NCBI RefSeq assembly: GCF_018977255.1
Contig: NW_024704742.1
Coordinates: 15,874,001 to 15,934,000, forward strand
Direction: 5' to 3'
Source of the DNA: Callorhinchus milii
Taxonomy: Eukaryota
Length of the DNA: 60,000 bases
Below are positions 25,178 to 38,561 of this stretch, piece by piece (position 1 is the first letter of the stretch; each line of letters starts with the position of its first letter). Under the pieces are notes generated by a model. That model saw only the letters and a list, made by a program, of their open reading frames with translations. It searched no databases and was not told where the DNA came from. Position numbers and translations under genes: made by a program.

Positions 25178-26400
25178 AAATCGATCCTCTACATAAATAT
25201 CCTTAGCCACCAGAGTGTAGAGTACCTCACGAGACTTGTAAACCTCGTGCAAACCAGGCATTAAAATATGAAGACATTGCTCCTCAGTCAATCCCAGAAA
25301 AGATGCTTTAAACTGATAGATTTGGCAGCTCCCTGACAGCATTCTATATTCTCATACATCAATCTGGATGAACTCTTGAGATGCCAGACACATTCCAAGG
25401 AATGAAGGCATAGTGACAAGCATGACTGAGTGTAAATTTAGAAATAATATGATTTTCTGAAGGTTGGTACTTTTACAGACCTTAACAGTTGAGAAAATTG
25501 TATTCTTTGCTGATCCATAAATTTACAGACCTTAGTAGTGTTCGTTTATAATAGGAAAGCTATAAAGACCAACAGAGAATGCTGTACTCTCACCTGCCAA
25601 TCTCTGTAAATGTACCAATTTGGGAAAATTACTTCTTATTTTTTCCTACTCACTGCTCCCAACCATCATTACAGTTAATGATCTGTCCACTCATAAATAT
25701 CACCTCTGCGGCTGGGTGGAAAATGGACTACAGTAGCACTGGTTGCTACAAGACTACAAGGTAATTTAATATCACACTGCAATTTGTGGATTGGGTTATT
25801 TTTGTGCTAACATACATCTATTGTCCTTAAATGTGTAATTAACAACCAAATTCACCAGTATGGCACAGGTGCATGGAATACTTTCCCCCGGATTGTCAAT
25901 GATATCTTTAATGTCACCTGTATTTCCTTCTGTATGCTGGTGTTTGCCCAGTTTGCATAACCTGCAATTTTTAGCAAATGAGTTGTTAACCTAGCCCACA
26001 AAACACCCTGGTATAAACAATATTTAATGGTCTTCATGCTTAATTAAGCTAAAAGTAAATCGACAGGCTATCAACTTTACACTCAGAGTTACACCTCTTA
26101 ATGTTCTACTCCAGCAACATCATTATTGAGATAAGTGTTCTGCATGGGATTGAAATTTTACTGAGCATTTTAGGGATCTCAAGCCTGGTCCACTTGCTTA
26201 AGATGTAAAATATTAATGTTTGGTTGGGGACCAAATTGACTTTGCCTCTCCATGGTAGATTGAAGTTGGAAACAAAATATTCAACAAGAAAAACTTAGAG
26301 GAGGTAAAATCCAGAAAATAAAAAGGGCCTGCTGAAACATGAAACAAAATGGTGGCACTGGGATCTGAAAGGTAAAATAAAATACGTACTTAGAGAGGTG

Positions 26401-26419
26401 TGCTGCCACCTGATGGACA
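26401..26419. promoter_or_regulatory. Possible CTCF-type motif
   Basis: tgctgccacctgatggaca resembles the CTCF core GCCACCTGGTGG. Motif match only. Confidence 0.25.
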
Positions 26420-27552
26420 GCAGTTTACACCAGTATTGCGTAAGGTATGCTGCAATTTTAATCTCATTAGGTTTTCTGCTAGCATGCACCATATATAATA
26501 ATAATCCTTGCATTTGATATAGCACCTTATCACATCTTCAAGACCTCTCAAGGAGCATTGAGTCAAAAGCTAGACTTCATCCACGTTTCCAGTGTTATTC
26601 ATAGACAGCCTGGGGTTTTATAACTTCAGGACCCTTAATGGGAAGGAAATAAATGTGACTTCTCCTGAATAGATTGTGACTTTGTGATGAACATTTTATT
26701 TTTAAAAATATTTTTATTGTGTGACACAACTCAGGATCTCACTTTCTCCCGAGCTTTAGTTGTGATTTTTGGCAAGTGTTTTTTACACGTGTCTGGGGAT
26801 CGGAGCAGTTGTCATGTCAGTTGTGCAATGATTTTTTTTTAAGGAGTAATGTAATGTGTTGCCACAAAGTGGAGGGAGTTAGCTGGTGGAGTGCTGACCG
26901 ACCAACTGCTGCTGTGCACCTGTGCACCTAATTGCTATCCCAGTTTGGGAGAAGGGGACTAACTTGGAATAATGTAAGTGGTACAGATCCTCTGAGTGAA
27001 ACAGACTAAGTAAAATCTCTCAGCCTTGCTAAAACAATGAATCCAATTTATGAACTGAAATGCCCACTGCATCAAGAGTATAGTAGTATAACAACAGATC
27101 CTGTTACCACAATCTAAAGATTACGACGACACCACACTGAAGACAGCCCAGCTTAATCATTTTGTTCTCTTCTGTCATGCTACACTGTGGTGGCTGTATT
27201 CTATTCTTTTCTATTCAGTGGGATGCCTCGACATGTGGGCAGCAACGACAGCAGCAGTGCTTGGACTTTCAGCCCAAACCATTTTGCTGGAGTGAGGAGG
27301 AGGAGGATCGGAGAAAGGAGGGTTCACACCAAAAAAGAGTTGATAAGTAAAGATGACTTTGGACTGCAATTTTCAGTGATGTGATAATTATCGCTGGTGT
27401 TAATGATCAACAACAACCACAACTTGTATTTGTACAGAGCCGTTAAGGTGCTTTACAAATGCAATTTTGTTGTTGTTGTTGTTGTTCATGTAGAATAATG
27501 TCTCGGAGTGCTTTACAGGATGGGTGTATTATATCAGATTTTTTCACCGTAA

Positions 27553-28930
27553 AAAAACAACAAAATTACATTTAGATAGCACCTTTCACATTTGGAGGAT
27601 ATCCCAAGGCACTGGATAATCAGTGTTTCAGACCCGAGCTGGGACTCTGGGGAGGATGGAGGGCAGGGGAGGGAAGGAGGGTGATCAAAGGCTTGGTCGA
27701 AGAGGAGAGTCTTGAGATGGGTCTTGAAGGAGGCAAGGGAGGGGCCAAGGTGGAGGGACAGCGGGATTGAGTTCCAGAGGGTGGGGGCAGAGTTGCTGAA
27801 GCCCCACTCACCAGTGGGGGGATGGGCAAGGTGGGGGACATGAAGCAAGCTGGAGCCCGGTGAGCAGAGGGAGCGGTCAGGTTGATAGAGGGTTAGGTGG
27901 TCGCAGAGGTAAGGGGAGCAAGGCCATGGAGGGCTTTGAAAGTAAGGACCAGCATCTTGAACTGTATCCTCCATGTGATGGTAAACCAGTGGAGTCGGGC
28001 AAGACTGGGCTGATAGGTCGTGGAACCTGATATGGGAGAGAACATGAGCTGCAGAGTTCTGAATAATCTGCAGTTTACGGAGGGAGGAGTTTGCGAGGCC
28101 AACAAGCGGGGAGTTTGCAGTCAAGCCTGGATGATATGAAAGAGTGTATGAGGATTTTGGCAGTTGGCAGTGTGAGACAGTGGCGAAGCCGGGTGTTGTT
28201 GCGGAGGTGGGGGAAGGCAGAGCAGGTCATGACATGAATGTGGGATAGAAAGTATAGTTGAGAGTCAAACAAGACACCAAGGTTCCAGACTGGCTCAGTG
28301 AGGTGGAGTGTGCATCCTTGGATGGTGATGCTGTCAGCTCCTGAGGTGTGGAGGCACTGTTGGGAGCCAATCATGAGGGCTTTGGTCTTCTGACATTCAA
28401 CTGAAGAAAATTAGCTCTCATCCAGGACTTGATGTCTGACAGTGGTCCTGGAGTCGAGGGTAGAGACATAGAGATAGAGTTGGGTGTCATGTTGAAGTTG
28501 ACCCCATATCTGCAGGTTACGTCATCAAGAGGGAGCATATAGATTGAAGAGGAGGAGAGGTGAGAGAGGAGTGGGAGACTGGTTCGAAGGTGTGGAGGGA
28601 GAGATGGATAGGGGCCGGGGTTTGAGGGGGAGATGGAGAAGGGATAGTAGATGGAAGGGGAGAAGCAGCTGAATGGCTCCTCTCAACTTTGGTTTCAAGG
28701 AAGTCCAGCATCACCTCGCAGTTGGTGTTGGAGGAGAGGATGGGCGAGGCATGAGAAGGTGGGCGGAAGAACCTGTTAATGATGGAGAAAAGGAACCTGG
28801 AGATGTCCTTGGCCTCCAAGATTGTCTTGGAGTAGTAAGACGATTTAGCGGAGGTGAGGGCGGAGCAGTAAGTTTTGATAAGGTCTGGCTGATCTGCCGA
28901 TGGACCGCAAAGTTTGAAGTTCACAGATCC
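27553..28930 (-). mobile_element. L2 LINE ORF2 fragment with internal deletions
   Basis: NLGVLFDSQL..ILIHSFISSRLD..LQIIQNSAAHVL..FKTHLKTLLFDQAF. The RT motif reads ttcaacatgacacccaactctat (..DTQLY with YAD missing). Upstream tether region at 28517-28924. Confidence 0.92.
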
Positions 28931-29083
28931 TGAATCACCCTTAAGGTTTTTAATAATAATAATCCTTGCATTTGAAACAGTGTCTTATCATCTCGTTGAG
29001 ATGTCTCAAAGTGCTCCACTGAAAGTTAATTGACTGTATATGTTAGCAAAGAGCTGATTGGTCTCATCACTGTATACTACTAC

Positions 29084-29399
29084 TAATAATAACAATCCTT
29101 GCATTTGATTTAGCGCTTTTCAGGTCTTCTAGACGTCTCAAAGCACTTCACAGAATATACTGTAAAGTGAATTGACTGTATATTTGTGGGCGAAATGCGG
29201 CAGCCAATTGCACACAGCAATGACTCACAAACAGTCGTGGATTGAAGTGATTGATTTATTATTGTTTTTTTTTCTTGAGGGATTATTATCAGACGTGTGG
29301 AGTAAGGAAACTTGCCCAAGGTTTCATCCTGCTGGGAATTGAACCCAGGTCTCTCACTTGCAAAGCAAGTGCTGTACCCACTGAGCTGCAGGACTCCAC
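29084..29399 (-). mobile_element. tRNA-Ala-derived SINE, full length, intermediate subfamily
   Basis: Complete head to tail; loop sequence acgtctagaagac. Confidence 0.92.
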
Positions 29400-30589
29400 T
29401 GAATGGCACTTGGACACTAGCTTTGCGCAGTCACCTTTTCAAAATTTAATATACTGCTTGTTTATAATAGAGCCATGCAGCTCAGCAGCTGGCTCCAGGC
29501 ACTGTATCGAACTACTGTCTGTAGTATAAATGGACCATAAAGTAACTTGAAGAGAGAATGTTTTCCTGCCAAGAAAAATAGCTGTGTTAAGAAGGGACTT
29601 GAGTACAGGTCACCTACCTTTTTCTGTTGAATAGAGCTTTGTGTGACACAGCCAAATTAATAGATCGGAAAAATATATAGGGAAATAAATATGTTATCTG
29701 ATGTGACAATTATCACATCTTGTATTTTGTTTACTTTATATCACAATAATTGCCAGCTGGATAGAGGTGGAGATGGTTCATTCTAATCAGTGATAAAATT
29801 TGACAAGGAATCTGTCTTTGTATCCTATCAGTCATTCTTAAAGGTCAGAGCTAAGTAAATCCACAGGAATCAATGTGGGGAGTTTGCCATAATTTGTACT
29901 GTGTGCACTAGATATAATAAGAAAGTTTAAGAAATATGTTTATAGCAAATTTTGGCAAGATTTACGTTTCATAATTCAAAGCGGTCTATCAAATCATTGA
30001 ATAGTCTGACTTACCATGTCATCTGTTACCAATATCAGCATTTAAAATAAAATATAACAATCCTTGCATTTGATACAGCACATTATCACATTGTCAAGAA
30101 ATCTCAAAGTCACTTCACAGGTTATACAGTAAAGTGGTGGGGCTGTGTGTATTTTGTAATGAAAGAGGATGATGGGAGTTCACGGTGGAATAAATCTGGG
30201 AAGAAATTTGGAATAAGTCTTTTAAAAAACAAATTATATTTGTGTAGTGCATATTGTGATGCACAATGGCAGGGTTGGATGGCGAGCAAGGGAGGACGGG
30301 GAGGGTGATAGCCATAGGCACGGTCGAAGAGGTATGTCAAATCATGTTTTGTCATTTTATTCTTGTCTTGGCTTCAGTGCAGAAAGTATATATTGTGTGT
30401 GTAGGGTCCACCTTCTCCTTTAGTAGTCAGTAAGAAGAAAACCTTAATTTGGCAGCTGACTTAACCACTTACCAACAACTTTTCATAAAAAACTGGAACT
30501 CAAAGCAGAAATGTGCAGTTTTTGCAAAAGAAATGGATCACTGTTAAGAAATCATGTGTATTGCATACTGATGTACGCCCCATTATCAG

Positions 30590-30770
30590 AGGGCAAGCCT
30601 TTGGTTATCTTGCTTACATTGTCTATAACTCTCCCTCGTCCCTCTCAAATAGATCAAATTCAAGATCCTTGTTATCACAATCAAATCTCTCCATGAACTC
30701 AACCCACCCTATCTTTGTGACCTCCTGCACTCCTATTGCCCCTGCTAACCCTCTGCTCCACACACACAAC
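30590..30770 (+). mobile_element. Old L2 ORF2 3' fragment
   Basis: gatcaaattcaagatccttg..ctctccatgaactcaacccaccctatctttgtgacctcct (IKFKIL..PPYLCDLL). Confidence 0.65.
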
Positions 30771-30810
30771 TAGATCCATCCTCCCAATGTGAAATGCACA
30801 ATATAAATGT

Positions 30811-31127
30811 TGTAGAGTGCTGAAGCTCAGTGGTTAGTGCGCTCGCCTCACAAGCAAAAGACCTGGGTTCGATTCCCAGCAGGGCGAAACCTTGGGGAAA
30901 TTTCCTTGCTCCACATGCCTGATAATAATCCTTCAAGAAAAAAACACAATAATAAATTGGTCACCAATCCACGACTGTTTGTGGGACACTGCTGTGCGCA
31001 ATTGGCTGCTGTGTTTCGTCCACAAAATGTACAGACAATTCACTTTAAAGTATATTCTGTGAAGTGCTTTGAGACGTCCAGACGACGTGAAAAGCGCTAT
31101 ATCAAATGCAAGGATTATTATTTATTA
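30811..31127 (+). mobile_element. tRNA-Ala-derived SINE, full length, with 9-bp TSD
   Basis: Complete element flanked by tataaatgt at 30802-30810 and 31126-31134. Confidence 0.9.
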
Positions 31128-31159
31128 TAAATGTATGTTGTAGCTTTTGTAAATCCCAC

Positions 31160-31421
31160 GGTGTACCACCCTCCCACTCCACTTTCAAAACTCTTCTAAA
31201 AACTATTCTCTTTGACTGTGCCTTACATAATTTCCTCCCGGAACCTCCACTCCCCACTCCCCCCCCTTCCCCCCCCACACACATACACACACAACCCTGC
31301 TACCCCACCTCCAGGAACCAACCTTCCCATCCTGCTTGGGCTCCCACTCTATCTTTGTAAAGCACTTTGAGATCTTTAACTACATGAAAAACTCAATGTA
31401 AATGCAATTTGTCATTGTTGA
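31160..31421 (+). mobile_element. L2 3' end
   Basis: FKTLLKTILFDCA, C-rich UTR, aaatgcaatttgtcattgttg tail. Confidence 0.7.
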
Positions 31422-32658
31422 TGCAATTTGAAAAATGTTTCGCTGAATGTAAAGAAATTGTTTTGGACAATGAGAGGAAAGCGTTTCCGATGCTGATGAG
31501 CATAAGATAACAATATTACAGATCTTTTTGTGCACATGTTTCTGTTTATTATGTGGGTTTATTGAAGTTACATAGCCACTCTGTTTGGTACATTAATGAA
31601 CAATCAGACACAATCAGTTCCCCATGAGGTTTGCTTAACATTACATTATTACCTGCCATTAAATAACTAGGTAAGTGTTGTTTTGTTTTACCCCCTGATT
31701 TAACAGCACTTGACTTACAAAAACAATTCATGCATTCATAGGCAAGTGGAATGAAAAATCTAATGTTGTGATGTATTAATTAGCACCTATGGTGTTAAAT
31801 AGCACATGCAATGGATTGAACAACTGAATGATACTTAACAAATCAAATAAAGAGGCACCCTTCCTCCTTCCCTCTCCCCATAACACTCTCTCAATGGCTG
31901 CACCAAGAGGCTAGCCATAAGCAAAAGAAAACAGAGAATCTAATATCCTGTTAATTTACAATTGAATGCTGTGAACCCCGAGCCAAATGTTTATTGAAGG
32001 TTGTAGACATTGAGAAAGATTTGAGGGATAAAGATTTTCCTTCAGCATATCCGAACACCGGGCAATGTATTTAAAATTGCTACTGCAATTTACTGCTTGA
32101 CGTAATTTGTACCATATGTATTAAGTAACACTTCACAACATTGCAAGTGTCATCCATGGCTCCTTAATAGCAAGTAAAACAATTAATATTCTATAGAACA
32201 TAACGTTATTTACACATATTATCTATCAAAATGTACCAAAGAAACTGGAATCAATTTCTGTAGACATCACATGCAATTGATTGATCTAATAGTGTTTTCA
32301 TGCTCTTAGGTATAAAGTCACTGCAACAGTAATACTGTTTTACAATATTATCAAAGTGGGAAGTATTTATCATTACAATTAAAGAACTCATTTTTTTATT
32401 TGGTCGGCCAGGAGTCAAACACATTTGGAAATCTCTCACTGTGCTTATGATCCTTCAACTTCTGAGACTCAAAACATTTCTGTTTGCTAAATTAGAGTCT
32501 GCACTCTTTCCTTAGTGAGAAGAGGATAGTTTGGGAAAAAATTGCATGCACTTTTCTCTCCTTATCTGTTTCTAGCAAACACAAGAACACATTAGCAGAA
32601 GCATTAAGGTTCTGAAAGTGCATATTGGAGTTCTACTGGAATTAAACAAACTAAATCA

Positions 32659-33050
32659 GGTGTCAGCCTGACTCAATTGGTAGCACTCTCACCACTTAGT
32701 TGGAAGGCTCAAACCCCATGTCAGGACTTTAAATACACATTGTCCAAGCTGACACTACAATGCAGGGGGCTGTGAAGCGCTTTGAGACGTCCAGAAGACG
32801 TGAAATCGCTATATCAAATATATCAAATGCAAGGATTTTTATTATTATTGTTGGAGGTGCTGTCCTTTGTATGGGATGTTAAAACAAGGTCCATCTGCTT
32901 GTTCAGTTAGGCATTAGAAACAGAGAAATTAATTTCTCTCGGTTTCCTGGCCAACTATCCCCCAGATATAACTGGTTATTCACTTCGTGGCTGTTTGTGA
33001 GACATTGCTATGCACAAGTTGGCTGGTGCATTCATCTGCAAAATAGATTC
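32659..33050 (+). mobile_element. DeuSINE with a nested SINE tail at 32770-32849
   Basis: gtgtcagcctgactcaattggtagcactctc head. The Deu body resumes at gttggaggtgctgtcc after the inserted tail. Confidence 0.78.
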
Positions 33051-33086
33051 CCATTGCTTACTCATCCAGCACAACCCTATTTAATA

Positions 33087-33443
33087 TGGATTCCTGTAGC
33101 TCAGTGGTTAGAGCACTTGCAAGCGAGAGACGTGCGTTTGACTCCTGGTAGGGCGAATTGTTGGGCAAATTTCCTTACTCCACACACCTCTGTTTACCTA
33201 ATAGTAAGTAGGAACCTGGTTGTTATTTGATTGGCGGATCGCTTTTCCGAGGTAATAATTCCTTAAAAAAAATTGGTCACTTCAATCCATGACTGTTTGT
33301 GGGACACTGCTGTGTGCAATTGACTGCTGCGTTTTGCCCACAAAATACAGTCATTACACTTTACAGTATATTCTGTGAAGCGCTTTGAGAAGTCTCAAAG
33401 CCTTGATAAGGCGCTATATCAAATGCAAGGATTATTATTGTTA
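33087..33443 (+). mobile_element. tRNA-Ala-derived SINE, old long subfamily
   Basis: Head, then cctctgtttacctaatagtaagtaggaacctggttg central segment, then Deu-derived body. Confidence 0.88.
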
Positions 33444-34649
33444 CTAGGATGTTGACTGGCAGTGGGAAGAATCATGTTCCGTCAGTGACATGTCGACCTG
33501 ACCAGGTATTAACATATTGAGTCAACAAAGGAAGATGACTCAACGCTACTTTCCCAGATCAACTCGAGAAATCCCAGAGAGAAACTATACCAGGGAATTC
33601 TTGATTGGAATTGTGGCAGCTGAGACCCACCAGGTTAAAACACCTCAAAGCTGTAATATTTTTTAAAAAAAAGAAAAGTTCACCGAAACAAATGGATTCT
33701 TGATACTTCTTGCCAAAAATATTGTTTTTCACCAGGGAAAGGGACAGAGGGTATGTATTAGCAACAATTTTTCTCTTCCCTTGTTTTCTTTGCATCATCT
33801 GACAGTAATTGAAGACATGGTGGTGAATTGCTTCCTCTCCGTGAATTCACATTGTGCTGTTCTCCTCAGAGAAGCTGCACGCTTGACTGTTTTCTGGAAG
33901 CAGAGTAGTGTGGGCGCATTAAAATTCCGTGTCTTCAGACCAGCCTGTGATTCTTTGTATGCTGTGAACTTGAAGGCAGTTAGGCCAGGAAATAAAATAT
34001 TTTGAAATAAAGGAGGACACAAAGACATGAGCACATATATTCTGTCGCTATCAGTTCTATTTTGCCCAATGTCATTTTATGCATCCGAATCAGCTTTTAT
34101 AAATACACATTGTCATGTCACCCATCGCTTTTCTAGCTTCATCATTTCCAACTTTATTTCAATAAAATTTTACAAAAGCTATTATTAAAAATAATGTGAT
34201 TTGTGCAAGCTTGTAAAAGCCAGGAGGGGTGTTCCTCAGTTTCCTATTGTCTGAAAACTCCTTGTGAATGTAGCAACCCAACTGTGTAGATGTGATACCA
34301 GTTATCAGAAGAATTCTTATGTTAACATTATCCGAGGTGGGGTGGGGGGGCGAATCGTAGGCTTAAAAAAGTTAACTTGGACCTTTTGTAAACTCCTGGA
34401 GCAGTTACTTCTGGATCAACTACAATATATTTGATTTTTTTAAGAGATTGGATGAAATAACTTTGATATACTTCGCTCACAAAATATAGAATCACTGCAT
34501 TTTACAGTATATTCTGTGAAGTACTTTGAGACATTTTGACAATGTGATAAGGCAATATATCAAATGCAAGGATTATTATTAATTCTACTTGATATTTGGG
34601 ACAACAAATCAAGCACAAAAATAACTGCTTAATGCAAAACACCATCAAT

Positions 34650-34900
34650 TAATAATCCTTGCATTTGATATATCCCTCTAAAACCAAAAACAATAATAAA
34701 TTGGTCATTTTCAATCTACAACTGTTTGTGGGACATTGCTGTGCACAATTGGCTGCCGTGTTCGCCCACAAATATACAGTCAATTCACTTTACAGTGTGT
34801 TCTGTGAAGCGCTTTGGGACGTCCTCCCGATGTGAAAAGAGCTATATCAAATGCAAGGATTATTATTATAGGGTTTTATCACATCTTTGAGAGACGTGAT
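34650..34900. mobile_element. Young 5'-truncated SINE (+, 34672-34869) inserted into an antisense SINE tail
   Basis: The host aataatccttgcatttgatata resumes as agggttttatcacatctttgagagacgt after the insert. Confidence 0.85.
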
Positions 34901-35759
34901 TGCAGGACTCTACACTCCAAATAGTGTCGCAAGCTTGTACAAATCCATCCATTTTCACATGATTAGCACATGCACTTGTAAATTAGACCTAATTGCTTTG
35001 TCCTATAGAGTGTGGATGGGGGTGGGGGGGTATCATCTCCCTCCTTTGCCTCACAAAAGACCCTCTTTATCTTGCTTACTTATTTCAGTTTGACGATATT
35101 GTTTGAGACTACAGTGAGCTCTTTGTTTCTCTAGGAGGTTATTTAAGATACCTGCCACATGACCTAGTAGTGCTGCACATTGCTATTAAATCTAAAACAT
35201 ACTTCCAGTATTTATCTTGATGGACACCAATAATGAAAAAAAAATTACAAGACTCTCAATATATAACCTTGTGAGTCACTTCTTCATTTGACAAGGTATT
35301 GAGGCAGAAGTCAATTTGAAGTCAATTGGAAAAATGTTATTTTATATGTGTAGTTTGGTTTCAATATCAGAGTAATACTTCTGAGGTTTATTTCCCAACT
35401 CTCTCCTTGCAGAACTCTAAGAAGTGCATAATCCTGCAATATCTGGGACTGTATAATTCTAGCCTGAAGTCACATCATAAAATCAGACATGTTTTCATCT
35501 TTAACAGCAGAATCCTGCAAAATTCATTACATGTTAAGAGAAAGACTGCAGTGAAATCATAAAGACTAAAATGCATTTTCCCAGTAAGATATTGCTTTAG
35601 TTTCTTTCTGCAGTTTTAAAGACCTTGATAAAATAATAATTTGATTACTGGGTCTCCTTTACAGTATTCTTGCTTTCCGTGTCACTGCACTGTTTTTATA
35701 GTCTTTAAATTGTATCAGAAAATAATGTGCACTTAAAGTTACATGGTGTCAGCTGCAGC

Positions 35760-35960
35760 ATAGACCCCTAAAAAATTACAATACAGAAGAAGGCCATTTG
35801 ATCCATCGTCTCTATGCTTACTCTTTTACAGAGTAATCGTTTTTGAATCCCATTTTACCTGTCCTTTCCCAATACTCTTGTAATTCACTCCTTTTTCGAT
35901 ATCTTATATGGATTCTGTCTCAACCATCGCTCCAAGCAGGCATTCCCAAATCCTAACCAT
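35760..35960 (-). mobile_element. CR1 3' UTR fragment
   Basis: acagaagaaggccatttgatccatcg..caagcaggcattcccaaatcctaacca, homologous to 54640-54850. Confidence 0.65.
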
Positions 35961-36409
35961 TCCCAGCGCTCAATGCACATGTATAAATAAGATTATTGAT
36001 TGGTGCACTATGAACTTAAATTTATTTACTGACACTTGTCCTCTTTGTTCTCGTTTACTTTTTACCTCGTGTTCACCTCATTGCACATCTCTTGGATGCC
36101 TGGGGACCTCAAAGAGCCAGTTCAGCTCCAAGGAGACCCTGCTATTCCCCCCACACTTCCAGAAGATAGTCACTAGATGTTCACTTGACATACAACAACC
36201 GCAGATTTGAACCTGCTGTACAGGTAATCACTTCCAATCTACCTTTTCAGTTTAGAGACAGAACCCTTTCACTATTGAAAGGAACCTGTGTCATAAAAAT
36301 GCAGAGTGAGCGTGATAGCCAGAGGAAGAGTTGATGCGACAAAATTCCTCAAAAAAATCAGGTGTGGTTACCAAACTCACCTCAGCCATTACATCCTTTC
36401 ATTATTTTG

Positions 36410-36449
36410 TCATAATTACATTATTATTTCATAATTACATTATTATTTC
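36410..36449 (+). repeat. 20-bp tandem duplication
   Basis: tcataattacattattattt twice. Confidence 0.85.
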
Positions 36450-36612
36450 AGCCATAAAATACACAATCAATCCATTTTACAATATATTCAGTGAAGTATT
36501 TTGAGACAACAACAACAACTTGCACTTATATAGTAGCTTTCACGCAGGGTAGTGACCCATCCCAGAGACATTTCAATGATGTGATGCAAGGATTGTTATT
36601 AATACTATTATT
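36445..36612. mobile_element. SINE tail (+) with nested antisense L2 tail (36509-36564), TSD GAGACA
   Basis: gagaca at 36503-36508 and 36565-36570 flank acaacaacaacttgcacttatatag..catccca. Confidence 0.75.
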
Positions 36613-37639
36613 ACAGAGGGGAAGTATCTAACCACTCTGTTGTTCCGAGTGTTTAGCAAGTTATGCCCTGGTGCTCCTGCGCTCTCCTGAATTGCCAAGT
36701 CACACTTTCCTCCTTCAGATGCTTGGACCAATCTGTTCTGGATGCATTAATAAAGACTGGTTGCACTGGGATAGATATCACAGGTGTCATAAAAGCTTAT
36801 ATAAAAGTGAATTGTATCTGCACATAATAACTAGCTGAGTTTGTATTTTATAAGCTATTAGCAGTAATTGCTTACTGTTGAATTAAGCTCATATTGGAAA
36901 TGCTACTGAGTGTTAAAATTACAAAATTAATATTAATGCCAAGCTTGCTAATTTCCAAATGGCATGAAATACATCTAAAAAATTTTGATACCCTGAAAAT
37001 AGCTTCCCTTATTACTTGCCATTGACAAATATGTTTTACACTGACCTCAGCTAGATTAAACAATAACAGCAAATCAAAAGAACAAATATCCATTAATTTA
37101 ATTTTCAACAGAGTTGTTTCATATTTTAAGAATTTGAAAAAAAAGATTATGTTTTCATCTGTATTATTTCAAACCCTGTCTGCTTAGTATAAGTGGGGCA
37201 CACATCCCGTGTTACAAATTATTCTCAGCATCTTATTAAGAATTTATATTAATGGGATGTGACTCCATTTAGTTTGCTGTCCTGTTATCTTTGGGATTCC
37301 ATTAACCTTTAAGCTGTTGTCAGGCTTATGGAGACTCAGTCTCATGAGTTCTGTAGATAGGGTATGGGCAAAGGAGAATAATAGGACTAAATGGATTTAG
37401 AGAGCCACCACAGGCACAGTGCACCAAATGGTTTCCTTCTATGTTGTCAAATTCTATGGTTCTTTGATTTTTAACTCACTCACTGTTACGCTGAAAAGAG
37501 ATCATGTTACAATGATAAAGTCATTCAACATCAGAATTACTTTATTTCTGTAATACTGATTTTAAAATACTAAAACAAAATGTTAAAAAACGCATTTTCA
37601 AATACAACTTAATCACTTTGTCAGCTACTACAAGAACAG

Positions 37640-37820
37640 GAAGAACAACTTGCATTTATATAGCATACGTCACGCAAGGTAGCATCCCAGAGTGCTTAAC
37701 AGTGGTGGAGCACGGCGCCAAGCCAGGGGGAGTGGGGAGGTGACTGTAGGCATGGTTGAAGACGAAAGCTTTCAGGTGTGATCTGAAGATCGGTAAGGAA
37801 GGGGCAAGGTCGAGTGATAG
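37640..37820 (-). mobile_element. L2 3' fragment
   Basis: aacaacttgcatttatatagc tail and antisense KAFVFNHAY. Confidence 0.8.
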
Positions 37821-38561
37821 AGGTCATTGTCAACTGTCATTGTTCTCTCCCCTTAAATTACCCTTTCTGTCCTGTTTTTACATTCTGTTTCCCTTTTTTT
37901 TATCAATTCTAACCATTTTACTAACTTTAAAACCTGTTTCCTCCCTTTCTTTTTCTGCCTTCCGGTTTACAGTATCCATTTCAGAAGGTTGCAGCCACTG
38001 GTAAGTTTTCTGCTAGTTTGAAAACTGACTTCAGTTGGTCGAAATGCCAGTAATAGTAGAGCTCAGTAAACTTTCAAAACAGCCTGTAATGGTGTAACTG
38101 AGAAAATTCAGCTAAATATCATTCTTAATTTGGTTTGTTAAAAAAAATCAATAATTTTCTCCATTTAGATTTTGAAACATTGTGTATCCGTGAAACTTAT
38201 TGAATTCTTATTCTATTTGACTCAGCATCAATTAACTTAGGAACTGACTTTCATACTGCATGTGTATAAATAGAATATAAATAAACCAAATATATTGCAT
38301 TCAATTATACTCCATTACACCTTATACTTATTCCCACACGCAGGTCACAAACACAGATCAGTGAGGAACTCAATGCAATGTGTGTTGCATTATTTTCAAA
38401 GAGCATTTTGCTCCCTTGTCAGACATGCCACATCAGTTACAAGTAATAATAATAGTCATTGCATTTATTATAGCGCCTTTCACATCAAGAGGATGTCCTA
38501 AAGTGCTGCAGGGAAATATTGTAAAGTGAAATGACTTATGTGTGTTGTAGGCAAACGCTTA

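Noticed and set aside
27162..27384. Short ORFs and acceptor-like sites on both strands
   Set aside because: Peptides are unrecognisable and there is no matching donor or start context.
30598..30620. miR-9-like sequence ctttggttatcttgct
   Set aside because: Only a partial match, no complementary star arm, and it lies at the edge of an L2 fragment.
33700..34034. Overlapping ORFs with a good plus-strand acceptor (ctgacag near 33805)
   Set aside because: No recognisable protein and no convincing donor. Could be unique non-coding sequence.
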